Positions 1 through 13,100 of a stretch of DNA of 64,000 nt are shown here, piece by piece; positions within the stretch are counted from its first letter, which is position 1, and the number at the start of each line of letters is the position of its first letter. A program made the position numbers and the translations under genes. The notes beneath the pieces were generated by a model. The model was given only the letters and a program-made list of their open reading frames with translations, made no database searches and was not told the DNA's origin. The stretch comes from Adineta vaga (lineage: Eukaryota; Animalia; Rotifera): assembly GCA_021613535.1 (NCBI GenBank), contig CP075496.1, forward strand, positions 2,790,001 through 2,854,000. Reading direction: 5' to 3'.

Positions 1-332
1 GATCGTTTGTTATAATGAGATAAACGTGACGATTCAGCTGCAATACGTTCAAAGATATCATTCACGAATGAATTCCTAATAGATAAGATGATGAATATAA
101 ATAAAATCATATCACTTTAAAAAGAAATGAAAACTTACATGATCGACATAGCTTTTGACGAAATACCAGTATCTGGATGAACTTGTTTAAGAACCTTGTA
201 GATATAGATTGAGTAGGTTTCTTTTCGTCGACGTTTTTGTTTCTTCTCACTTTTTGGTCCGGCTGAACCTTTGCTGGTTTTTGTAACAGCCTTTTTCGAT
301 CCTTTTGATGGAGTTTGAGCTTTTGGTGGCAT
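1..332 (-). CDS. H2B: Histone H2B, interrupted by a 63-nt intron (76-138); 3' end runs off the window
   Basis: Exon 1 (332-139) reads MPPKAQ...[31 protein letters not shown]. After GTAAG...TAG, exon 2 continues [25 protein letters not shown], the H2B histone fold. Confidence 0.97.
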
Positions 333-407
333 AACGAATTTATTTCAATCGAATGAGCGAAAGAAGTATACGTAGATATGAGAAGAAATATGTGCATCTA
401 TCGTTGC

Positions 408-478
408 TTATATAGACCATTTCAATGACAACTTTTATGAACCAATCAGAAGCCGAGCTTACTGATTTCGTATTGGTT
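408..478 (-). promoter_or_regulatory. Histone-type promoter: TATA box plus two inverted CCAAT boxes
   Basis: TATATAA on the minus strand at 408-414, about 75 nt upstream of the H2B ATG. CCAAT at 442-446 and ATTGG at 472-476. Confidence 0.6.
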
Positions 479-710
479 GATTTTAGTGTACAGACATGTT
501 CTTTTCATATATATACACAAAACAGAATTACAAGAGAAAAATATGTTTTCATCATCGTGTTTTTTCCTCGATCAGGTGACTTTTCATTGTACTAAGACGT
601 CAATTAAAGTTTCTTTTCAAAATCAAAGTTTATTTCCTGAACTGAACTGAACAAATGTTTGTTCAATTTTATTATTACAAAAATAAAGATGTAAAAAAAT
701 AGTTCAAATA

Positions 711-1981
711 TTAATCATTTGGATTAGACCATAACCATGTTCTCGTGCCAACAAGCGCAGCATTAGTCGAATGAACTGGAAGACGTTTTTCTAAAATAAA
801 AAGATGAAGTACAATAAATAGATGACAAAGAAAGTTTATATATGCCTTACGTCGTGATAATTTCTTTTGCTGCCGTTCACCTACAATACAAAGTAAAGCA
901 TTTTGAAACTGTATAGCTTTAACACGTTTATAGAAAATACTTAATCTAAACTAACAATAGAAATATTCACCTTTAAATAATGCACTAACATAAAAAACCA
1001 AAACAATAGTTGGAATGAAAAATGATAATCCCATCACAGCCATATAATCTGGATCATGTCTTCTACATTCATATATTTTACTCCATAATAATCGAGTATA
1101 ATTCATCTTGAAAAAGAAAGAAAACAAAATACATGTGTAAAACTAAACTCAATATCTTGTTACTCTTGGCTTACGGTATCAACAATATCCATACAAACTC
1201 CACCTTTATTTTCTTGTGTTAATTGTAAAAAGAGATCATTGATATCATTATACGATGTCAAACATACTGTACATACATTCGTATTCAATGTCACATTGAG
1301 ATCAATAGGAATGATTGGAACTATACGCTATTAATACAGTATTCAATAAAATATTAACAAAATCAACTAAAAATGAAAGAAACTTACACCAGTTGCATTG
1401 AATATACAATAATCAAATGCTACTTTTTTTCGAAAAAAACTTGTTGTACTATCTGTCAGACTATAATGAATCGTACCATTTGTATCATTATAACCTGTGA
1501 TACAATCTAAAGAAGAAATTTTCTATTAAATTATTCAGTTAATTGTTTTTTTGAAAACTTACTATCACAAAATGAAGACGACCAAATATTTTGTACAAAT
1601 GCAATTAATTGAGCAACAATCTGTATTGAATCATAACTTTCTAGAAATTGTTTACACGTTATCTTTCTATCCAAATCAGAATATGTCTAAACGAAACATT
1701 CTCTTATAGAAAAATCGAATTAAATTTGAAAAAAGAAACTGCAAACAAACTTGTTCTAATAAACCAATAAGATCTTGTAAACGTGCATAGTTATCAACAC
1801 AACCTTCACATAATTTAAATGGTCGTGCTCGACTAACAGCACAATTAAGAAAATCTGATGACATATATGATAAACGATCAAGTATAGCTAAACATGGATT
1901 TTGTATTGGATAGATTGGATCACTATAATTTTCATTAATTAATTGAATAAACAAAAAAAAGACTAGAACTTTCCACCACAT
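711..1981 (-). CDS. OSTM1: Osteopetrosis-associated transmembrane protein 1 (ClC-7 beta subunit), multi-exon
   Basis: Signal peptide MWWKVLVFFLFIQL; motifs CAVSRARPFKLCEGC, IWSSSFCD and VCMDIVDTMNYTRLLWS; one TM segment; short tail ending NPND* at 711. Confidence 0.9.
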
Positions 1982-2333
1982 GATTCTCAATCAATTTCTC
2001 TTATCTTTCATCTTATATGATGGATGATTCATCTTCAGCTGTTTTCCAAAAGCCAATCAATAGACAGAGCGCTACAATCAATAAAAAATATTCGAAAACA
2101 AACTAACTTTTCAAAATACATTTAAAAATATTGATTTAATAAAAGAAATTTATTTTCAAAAAGATATTTTCCTATTTGCTGCTCAATCTCATTCGGAGGC
2201 CGATAAAACGAACGAGATTAAATTAATTTACAGTATGGCTACTACTACTACTAGAAATCTAAATTATTATTAGAACTCAAAACAAAAAACATCATCTTTA
2301 AATAATAATTTTTTTCTTTCTATCGTCTAGATC

Positions 2334-5096
2334 ATGTCGAATACCAATTCAAATCAATCGGAAGAGAGAAATTCAGAGAATAATGTATGTTATTTTTGAT
2401 ATTTTGATTTTCAAATGTTTGTTTTATATTAGAATGAACAAGTACAAAATAATGATACATCAGTAGCCGAACAAAATAATAATCCTCCTACTGCTGCTGC
2501 TGCCGCTGCTCGGCCACGGCCATCAGCATGGGAAACAATAAAGTCATTTGCTTTTCGAATGTTGATGTTTTATTTTATTACACAATTCTTTCGTCGTTCA
2601 CCAACAAATAATACTGCAGGACCAACATCTGTATCAACAACTCCAAATACTGGTTATAAACCAGGCAATCTCTTTGTCAATGGAGATTTATTAGTAAATA
2701 ATTGTCTTTCATTTTTCAAATGAATTGATTGATGTGCTTTTTTTTTCTATTGCAAATTTAAGGATATGTATTTATTTATTAATGAAGAGGAAATTTATAC
2801 ATATGATCCATTGAGAAGACCTCATTGGGAAATTGATGGAATAAAATATGGAGATTGGTCAACGAATGGAACTTATACAAAATTTATCGAATTTCCTATA
2901 TCAGAGGTAAAATGGGTTTTGTATGATAGAAATATTTTGAAAGTTTTTTTTCCTAGAATGTGCAAAATAATGCATCAATTTATCTACATGTTGTTGTAAC
3001 AAAACATGGACAATCAATTGATCCAATTGAGCGAGAATCTCATACACCGCAATATGTATTTTTCAAAAGCAAACGTAAGAAAAACTAATTTGCCGAATCA
3101 AAGATTTATTTTATATTATTTAGGTTTAAATAAATATAAGAAAAAAATTTATAAAAAAACGAAAAATCTTCTAACAGGAAATACTGAACAAGATGAAGAA
3201 TATCAAAAGGTTATTAATAATTAGAAAGAAAAATAAAATATCATTAATAGAATGAAATTTTGTTTATTTAGAAAGCAGATGATAAAATTGTTGAACTTTT
3301 ATCTCATTGGCATTCAAATATGACTGTGAATTTACTCGATGATCAATCACCATGGACTAAAGGCACTATACCACCACCAATGGATAAATGTAATTTGAAT
3401 ATATCTTAAAGACATGAGGAAAAGGTTACAAAAAAAAGTTCAAGGGAATTAGAAAAATGTTACTCGATAATTGTAATGTAAATCATGAGATATATTTCAT
3501 TGATATTTAAAATAATGAATTCTTATTTTTTTGAGTTAAAGTTTAATTTAAAATCGAGATTAATTATTTTGTCATATTTGAATTTTATTTTTAGTTTTTG
3601 AATTTGAACCATATACAGGCAAATATTATCCTGTACTTTATTTAAATGATTATTGGAATCTTCTTGCTGATTATTATCCCATTAACAATACATTCGAGTA
3701 AATAAATCAGTTATCTTTTTCTTTCATTAGATTTTTGTTTTTCTTCGCTTTAGTAAACTTAATTTAACAGTTACTGTTGCACCAATACAATTATGGAAAT
3801 GGCAAATGTATATATCACAAAATTTACGGCAATCATGGTATGGAAATTTACTTGGAGAGGAAGAAAATGATGATGATCAAGATGCTATGAAAGTAAATCG
3901 AATAATTGATTAAAAGGAATGAATAGAATTTAATTGAATTTTGTTTTAGCGTGCACTCGTTGAAACAAATCCATATTTACTCATCATTACAATCGTCGTA
4001 TCAGTAATTCACACCGTTTTCGAAATCTTAGCATTTAAAAATGGTATTTTTATTTCCAACAATGAGAAGTTTATCTCACATTAAACATTCGATTTCTTGA
4101 ATTTAGATATTCAATTTTGGCGTACACGAAAATCTCTGGAAGGTTTATCTGTTCGAAGTGTTTTCTTCAATATATTTCAAAGTTTAATTGTCTTATTATA
4201 TGTCTTTGATAATGACGCGAATACAATGGTTCGTATTAGTGTTTGTGTTGGTATTCTTATTGAATTATGGAAAGTACCCAAGATTCTCAATTTTGAAGTA
4301 AGAGAATATTTTTCGATTTTCATTCATTAATTTTGTTTTCTCTTTCAAAGCGTATACCCAATGAGAAATATCTCGGTATTATTCCAAAATATAAATATGT
4401 TTATAAAGAATCTTATACAGAAACATCAACATCTAATTATGATCGAGTTAGTTATTAACTGAATGATTTTGTAAGAAAATGTACTAATGTTTTTTTTTTA
4501 AATTTTATTTAGACGGCTTTTAAATATCTTTCATGGATTTTATTTCCATTAGTAATCGGCTATGCATGTTATCTATTGATGTATCATGAACAAAAAAGTT
4601 GGTATTCATTTTGCTTAAGTACAATCTACGGATTTTTATTAATATTTGGTAAGTTAAATAGTTTTGAAACGTATTAGTTTCTCACTTCTTCTTTTTTTCT
4701 CCAAAGGTTTTATTATGATGACACCACAATTATTTATTAATTATAAACTTAAATCTGTTTCACATCTACCATGGCGTATGATGACATATAAAGCATTGAA
4801 TACGTTTATTGATGATTTATTTGCTTTTGTTATTAAAATGCCAACAATGTATCGACTTGGATGTTTTCGTGATGGTAAATAATCAAAATTTCTTTCTTGC
4901 TTTATATAATTAACGAACGTTGATTTGTTTAGATATAATATTTTTCATCTATCTTTATCAACGTTACATCTATCCAGTTGATCGGACACGTCTTAATGAA
5001 TTTGGTACAACAGGTGAAACTGATTCGGCTGTTGTGCCAGTTGCCGAACAATCTCCAATAGAAGCCCCAAGTGAACAACACGAAAAAACAGAATAA
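2334..5096 (+). CDS. CLPTM1: Cleft lip and palate transmembrane protein 1 family (lipid scramblase), many exons
   Basis: Motifs ALVETNPYLL, FEILAFKNDIQFW, SLEGLSVRSV and GFIMMTPQLFINYKLKSVSHLPWRMMTYKALNTFIDDLFAFVIKMPTMYRLGCFRD; ends YPVDRTRLNEFG...KTE*. Confidence 0.95.
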
Positions 5097-5244
5097 TAGT
5101 CCATTGAGCAATAGAGAAAATTTTGTCTTTTTATGTTTAGTCGTTGTTTTTGTTTCTTTTTCGTTTTCATTTCAATACAAATTGTTACTTTGTATTTACA
5201 TTCTCTGATTTTCTAACTAAAACGATCTATGTCTTTACATTAAA

Positions 5245-5258
5245 CTTTCCTTCTTTTC
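5245..5258 (+). promoter_or_regulatory. Candidate TCT / 5'-TOP oligopyrimidine start site of RPS15A
   Basis: CTTTCCTTCTTTTC, then a GTATTC donor at 5271 and a TTTTTAG acceptor at 5371 just before the ATG, the usual ribosomal-protein gene layout. Confidence 0.5.
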
Positions 5259-5405
5259 AATCGATATTTCGTATTCTTTCTTCAGATAATCAATGATATT
5301 CATTCAACATTATCGTCTTCGTTTTTCTGTCTGCAATCCATCATTTTGAAAATGAACCGTTCTCTTTTTAGATTTGCGTGTCTTAGTACACAACTATCTA
5401 ATTAA

Positions 5406-6009
<604 letters not shown>

Positions 6010-6489
6010 GAAAAATCATTCTCAATTCGAAATCAAACAATGACAACTAACAACAACAAGAAATATCTGTTTAGACTATTTTCATTTGTTTTGCTTTTTG
6101 TTATTGTATCAAGATTCTTCTGATCAACAAAGAGAAAAAAATAAAAGAGAAACCATCCAGAAAAATATATGAAATATATATACACACGTATTGTATGATG
6201 TGTTGTTTTTTATTCATACTGTCAAAGTGCCGGTATATATGTCTATGTCTATGTGTGTGTGTGTGTCGATCGTCAAGTGGTCAACTGCTACTTGACTTCA
6301 TAGAGGTCAGTCTCAACTTTTCAAGTCTGTATGTTAGTTAGATATGTTTGAGAGTGTCTATTTGAACGGCAGTATATTGTTGACGAGAAGAAAAAACCGA
6401 GAGAAATATATGATTAAAGAAAGTAGGAGAGACAAGAACAACAATGAAGCCACTGAAAGAAAACAAATTCATTTGTTTCATTGACAGAC

Positions 6490-6512
6490 ATATATATATA
6501 TATATATATATA
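6490..6512. repeat. (TA)n microsatellite
   Basis: Directly visible dinucleotide run. Many similar TA, GA and TG runs occur in non-coding regions. Confidence 0.9.
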
Positions 6513-9500
6513 CGTACGTATAGATTTGTTATAATGTTTGAAAGAGAAATCTATCCGACTTTTGTTTTCTATTCACTCAATGACTAGAAAAGATCTAACT
6601 AATCATTAAGTATATGTGCTTTCTTTTTGTCGTCGTCGTCCTCTTTTTTTCTTCTTCTTCCTTTTTTTCTACTAATTAGAATTTGATGAAAGGGTCGAAA
6701 TAGATATAGAGAGAGAGAGAGAAAAAAAAACGAAGAAGAAGAAGAAGAAGTAGCTCATACACACACATCTTCCGGTCCGTTATGTAAATGTATATACACG
6801 TCATACACCCTATAACGATGGGCTCTTTAATGATCCTTAAACGTACATGGAGGCTATCAATGGTCGAACGGTAAGTATGAAAAAAAAGAAACACATGAAA
6901 GAATTACGATGCATAGTTTCTGCTTTGAATATCTATCATAAAAAGTATCGTTGTCATTTCCGCCTACACACAACATGTTATCAAAAATATCTTGAAATAT
7001 ATAGCGTTACTACGTGTATGCAGTTCTAGAATAACAGAAACGATTTGTTCGATCTAGTCCTCATTTGGTTTCTCTATTTCTGTCTACTTCTCTCATATGT
7101 ATGTGTGTGTGTGTGTGTCTATGATGAATGATCTTAGTATGGCTGTCATTTTGGTTCTTTTTCTTTCACGTCGACATTGGCGATCATCGATCAACATATT
7201 CTTCCATTTGCTCAATAATGAAAAGGCAAATTTTACTACTTTATCATCATCGTCTCGCCATTCTTTTTCAAAGAACAAATATTTATTAGCTCGTACAAAC
7301 AGAAAACCTCGATGAAAAAGAATAGAATAGTTCTTTACTTAATGACGTTAAACATTTTTCTTTGTCGATCGATGTTCAATTATTGTCACCGATTTTAAAC
7401 AGCTCATATTTAATGGACATCCAAAGAGAGAATAGAAAAACCCGACATGAACCAATTCTATAATTAGTAAGTAAGAGGAAATTTGTGCATTTACAGATTT
7501 TCATTCACTAATGTTCCCTCATTTCCGTTCTAATCATATGAAAAGAGTATGCCGCATAGAGAAAAAAAGACAGTCAAACAAAGAAGAAGAAACAACAAAG
7601 TTAATCGCCTTTCTTTTTTTTTCTTCTTCTCCTCTCCATCTTAATATGACCATATTTTACATATGTATTCTGAACTACTACTTGAATTAATCCTTCGAAA
7701 GAAAGAGAACAAAAAACACTAAAGAAGAACATGAACAAGATACATTGTGTATGTATATTTACTTTGTGTATATACTCGGAATCTTTCGATGGATTATGCA
7801 CGAACATCATTATTAGCATAGAAGAACAAAAACATCAAGAAGATGAAGAAAAAAAAGAAGCGTGCTTGTTCTCATCGAGATTTTCTCACATTGAACAAAA
7901 AACTTATTGAAAGTGTTTATAAGGAATTGAAAGTATTTATCTTTGATGATGAGCAGTTATACACTTCATATATGTATATATATATATACGATTGGTTAGG
8001 TAATATTGTGTTGTCTAAAGAGAACAGGCGCGTTTATATTTAATGATCTCTAATCTTCATAGGCGTATGAATGATCGAGTTACAGTCTGATAAACAACAC
8101 TTGTTCAATATAGTATCGGCAACATTGAGATGATTTCTTTCATTTCAATCAATCTCTCGACAAAACAAATCTTGTTTGATTCTTTTTTTTTTCATTATTA
8201 TTATTCTTACTTTTTCTTACGTTCCCTACTTCTGTTTTTTTTTCTTACGTTCGTTCGTGGACGCTTACAGCAATATTACTGTTATAACACTAATTATTAT
8301 TATTAGTATATACCGGATAAATAGACACTATCTTTAAGTGATTCAATTATCCACATACTGTGAGTTATATATTTATATGTCATATTTTACTACCTGTCTG
8401 TATTCTACTTGTTCAAGTTTATTTAATTATATTGATCTGATTCAATAGTTTCTATATATGCATTTAGAAAGCTAATAAGGTTGGTCAGAAATAATCTCAT
8501 ATATTTGGTAATGTCTATAGAGACATATGAGACAAGAAGTATTTGACAAATGAATCAAGAGAGAAGGAAAGAGAAGGAGAAGAGACATTACTCTTCATAG
8601 ATATTTTCAACGACCGAAGAGAAGAAAACGGTGACAGATGTTTTCATTTACGAAGATCATCTCTAAACATTTACATGAAAGACAACGACGAAGATAAATG
8701 ATTGTATGGACAAATTGTCAGTCACCTTTGTTGTAGTAATTTCGAAGAAAAGACACTCGTTCATTCGTCTTTCTTTAGTCTATCAACTCAAGTGCGTTTA
8801 TGCGTGTAGCAGCTGTGACATTTTCACGTTCGTCGTTTGAACGCATTCATTTATACATCTATATGTCTAGGGCTAGACACGAGTAACAAGATGGGTATGG
8901 TAACAAGAGACATGTGTATAGACTGAAAATGATGACGATGACTCTTGTTACTTGATGCGAACTTCGTATGTATACACAAATATGATTGTACCTGTTGGTG
9001 CTCGAGAAAAGAAATGTACAGACATATGACACGTACGTTACATATATATATATATATCGACGGAGAGAGAGAGAAGAAGTAGTTGTATTCGTACAATGAC
9101 GCCGACGTTGAAACCTTTTCAAGTGATGAAACCTTGCAATTTATCTTGGTTCATCACCTTTCTACATGCGTATGTATATTAACGAAAGTCGAATAAAAAG
9201 TTTTTTTCCTTCATCTTCTTCGTAGTTGACAAATATTTATTTGCAAGAAGGAGAACTAAGAGAACATGTGAAATAAGAAGAACGATAAAGAAGAGAAGAA
9301 AAAAGTTCTTCAACTAAGTAATGATCGGGCAATTAACTCGAATTTTATTCATATCATTCTTTTTAATTGTCGCTCAATGTCACTCATATTTTCATTCAAT
9401 AGATCTATCTCATTTTATTCTCTTTTTTTGTTCGTCTGTTCTCATCAAGAAAAAACCGACCAAACGAGAGGAGGAAGAGAGAGAGAGAGAACGAATATAT

Positions 9501-10103
9501 CATCGATTACTTCAGGTAATACGAGCACAAAAGAAGGGTGAGAAGATGGGCTGTCTTTTCATGTTAAATTAACCACAGGGGTATATGACACAACAGGTTC
9601 GTTCTTGACAATGTTTTTATGGCACTTTTTTTTAGAGCAAGAGACTCTTTCTCAGTCTTTTTTCTATTCGTTCTCTCTTACATTTTCTGTTTCTCTTTTC
9701 AACTCAACAGCAAACGACATCAAGTGACATACTGATCGATCGGCAAGGCATATGGCGAAAAATTATATGACATTCTTTATTTTTCTTTTTTTCATCATTT
9801 TGCTAAATAACTCTAATAGCACTTGTCTTATATTTAGACATTAACAGACCAACGGGTGGTAGTAGGTCATTTTTAAAATTTGATAATTGTTCTAAATGTT
9901 CATTCATTCTTACGTACATACATACATTCATTTTCTTTTTTTCTCGTCTATTTTTCAGATTTTTATACAGTACAATGTAACTTGGCATCAGCTTGCATAA
10001 CAACTTACCATAAGAGTCACGTTCGAATCTTTCCCTCCCTTTCTCTCCATCTCTCTCTCTCTTTGTGTCTATTACACACATTTAAATCCATTTCGCTAAG
10101 ATC

Positions 10104-13100
10104 ATGGCATCGAATACTGTAAATAAAGACTTTTTACGTTCAATTCCATGCACACATTCAACATCACCAGCAATGATCAGTAATAAACATAAAACAAATT
10201 CACTTTTATTATCATGTTGTACATGTTCCCGAGCATATAAAAGATCTTTTCAAGTAGATCATTCAGCAAAAACAGCAGAGGATGAAAAACTCGATGTACA
10301 CAAAGGTTTTTTTAAACGAATTCAATGTTTTAAAGGTTTGTTTCTTCATCTTTTACTTCTTGCATAATTTAAATAAGATTCAAAATTGATTGTCTTCTAT
10401 TTTTCGAAATTTAGCACAAAAAAGACAAAGTACAGCTCGTAAACAACAGCTGGCAGCAGTCGCTGCTGCTGCTGCTGTTGCATCAAGTACACCAATGTCA
10501 AAAGAGCAAATTCGAATTGAAAACGAAAAATTATTTAATGAGAATGATGATCAATCTTCTACTCTTTCTCCTCCATCTTCATGCCAGTATGGAAATGAAA
10601 CCTTTCTCAATCCATATACACATCGTCCCATACGTAATTCACACTCAATTCCATTACTTAATCGACATGATAATATAACTACACGTTTAACTTCTATACC
10701 GTATGGTATCGGTGGTTTAAATAATGGTTTAGATTCTTGTTCATTTACTGATATTGAAGTTGCATCATCGATCAATGAAGATGCTCATAATAGACAAAAA
10801 CAAAATCAGAAACCTATTACAACGAATGATCATTTGATATCATCGGATAGTGATCGTCAGCACGATGATGATTTACAAACTGCAACACCAAAAAGTTTTG
10901 CTTCACGAGATTTTTCATCTGCAACAACAAATCTCTCTGCTTATTCAACTCAAAGTTTACTTCGAAGATTAATCGATAAAGCGCAAGTATTAAATGAATA
11001 TTATAATGATGTTTGTAATAAAGGACCAATTCAATCATCGTCATCTACTTCAACAAAACGTTCATCATCAACATCAACAAATTCTCTTCTTGGACGGACA
11101 GGTGCCACTCCACGTTCATTACTTCATGGTAATCAATCACATGAATCAAGTCGAAAAGGACGACGTAAACAACGTAGTGTTTACGATAATATGTCAACTG
11201 ATAGTTCAAGATTCAATTTATATGCTGATGAAGATAATGTACTAAAAGAATTAGTTCGTTTCAATAATGATATTGATCTAATTTTATCACGGCTCGAAAT
11301 GGAAAATGGAAATGGTCCCTCAACTACTCTTTCAAATGATCAAAATGATCGACGATATTCAATAAGTACTCAAGCATTATTAGATGACAATGATCAAGAA
11401 AGTACCGAATCAAAATTAGATGATTTAAGAAATCTAATTCAACAAGCAACAATTTATCCAAGTGATGATTCTGGCCTTGCTGCTAGTCCACCAATTGATG
11501 ATCGGTAAGTTTTCATCAATTTATCATTTTTCTTTTCTTATCTATTCAACTGAATTGTTATCCTATAAATATTATGTATGTGTGTTGAGCGATAGAGAGA
11601 TGATTGTTGTCAAACATTCAACGTTTTCTTTCTTCTTCTTCTTTATAACATTATTTAACCTTCTGAACAAGTTGATTGAGTTTATATCGAAAATGTAACA
11701 AACTCTGTTTCTCACTCTAATCATTTGCATGCAATATGCGATAAATTTCTCAGGAGAATCTCTTTCTTTCTTTCTTTAGCCTAATCACACTAACTTATTA
11801 TTACTTTCGTTGTTTCTCGTCGGCAATATCTCGATGCTACTTAACTATTTCCGTATTGATAAATAGAGAAAATACACAAGAGAAGGGAGAGGGAGAGAGA
11901 GAAAGAAAGAAAGAAAAGTATATGCTACTTGATCCTATATATTCATTGTATATATAAAAAACATTCTACAAACGATCTTATTCAAACAGAGTAAACTTTG
12001 AACTGTTAAATAAATATTAGTTTATTTCTAAGCAGAAAACGAAATCTCTAATCGCTACATACATACATATACTGGCAGCAATTGTTCATAAAGCAAATTC
12101 TCGATCATCTATATCGATCAATAACACTATCGATAAGTGTTGTACTATCAACAGGTAAAATCTTTAACTGACAATTGATTAGAAGAAGGTACTTAAAATG
12201 AAGGTTGAAAGTCTTGAAAATTTCGATCAAATGTGTATAAGTTTTCTATTTTCTTTCGTTTATTGATTGAAACAATTCATTGATCATTTATATATTTGAA
12301 TTGTGTTGTTGATATAATCTTTAGTCACATAAAAATCAATGACCTTGTGATTATATATACGAATAAAACAATATCTTTTAGTAGATAGAAAAAGCAAAAA
12401 TGATTTCTTTGATATTTTGATCGAAAATCGAAATGTTCTATGTTTATGAGAATACTCTACTTTCGCTTTCTTTCTTTCAATCGACAATAAATGAGTTCAA
12501 TCACACATATTATTACATCAATTTAGTAGAATATAGATGAGAAAAAAGCTACAGACAGTTTTCATTGAACCTATTCGAATTTTTTATGCGTATTGAACGA
12601 TATATCGATGACGATGATGGAAAGAAGAAAAAAACACATACATCTATAATAAAAATGTATATTTATTGAACAGTCGTTCTAAACAAGTTGTGTAACTATT
12701 ATGTATGCATTTTCTTTTTCTTTTTTTTGCATACCAATCAATCCAATCTTTTTTTCTATTGTTACTGTTGTGTGGATCGATAAACGACGAATTCGAAGGT
12801 GATCTGCTCAGACAATAACGTAAATCGATACAGTCTGATAAAATACGACGCGTGTATGTATGCCCACACATATATATATATATATGTATGTATATATCGA
12901 TTAGTGGTTCTCTATATTTTTTCTCTTCTCAATACTGATGACGTCTTTCGGTCGATCGGGCATGCGGACGCAATAGTTGCATCATAATGATCTGTCGTCA
13001 ATCGCATAGCAAGATGGAACAAATTTTCTCTCTTGCACTCGTTTCTTTTGCTCTGCCCGACATTCATGAACACTATCATCATCATCATCATCATCATCGT

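Noticed and set aside
6676-9572. Numerous 60-90 aa ORFs in the track
   Set aside because: Low-complexity F/L/I/Y/K-rich translations of microsatellite-rich non-coding DNA, with no motifs or consistent splice structure.
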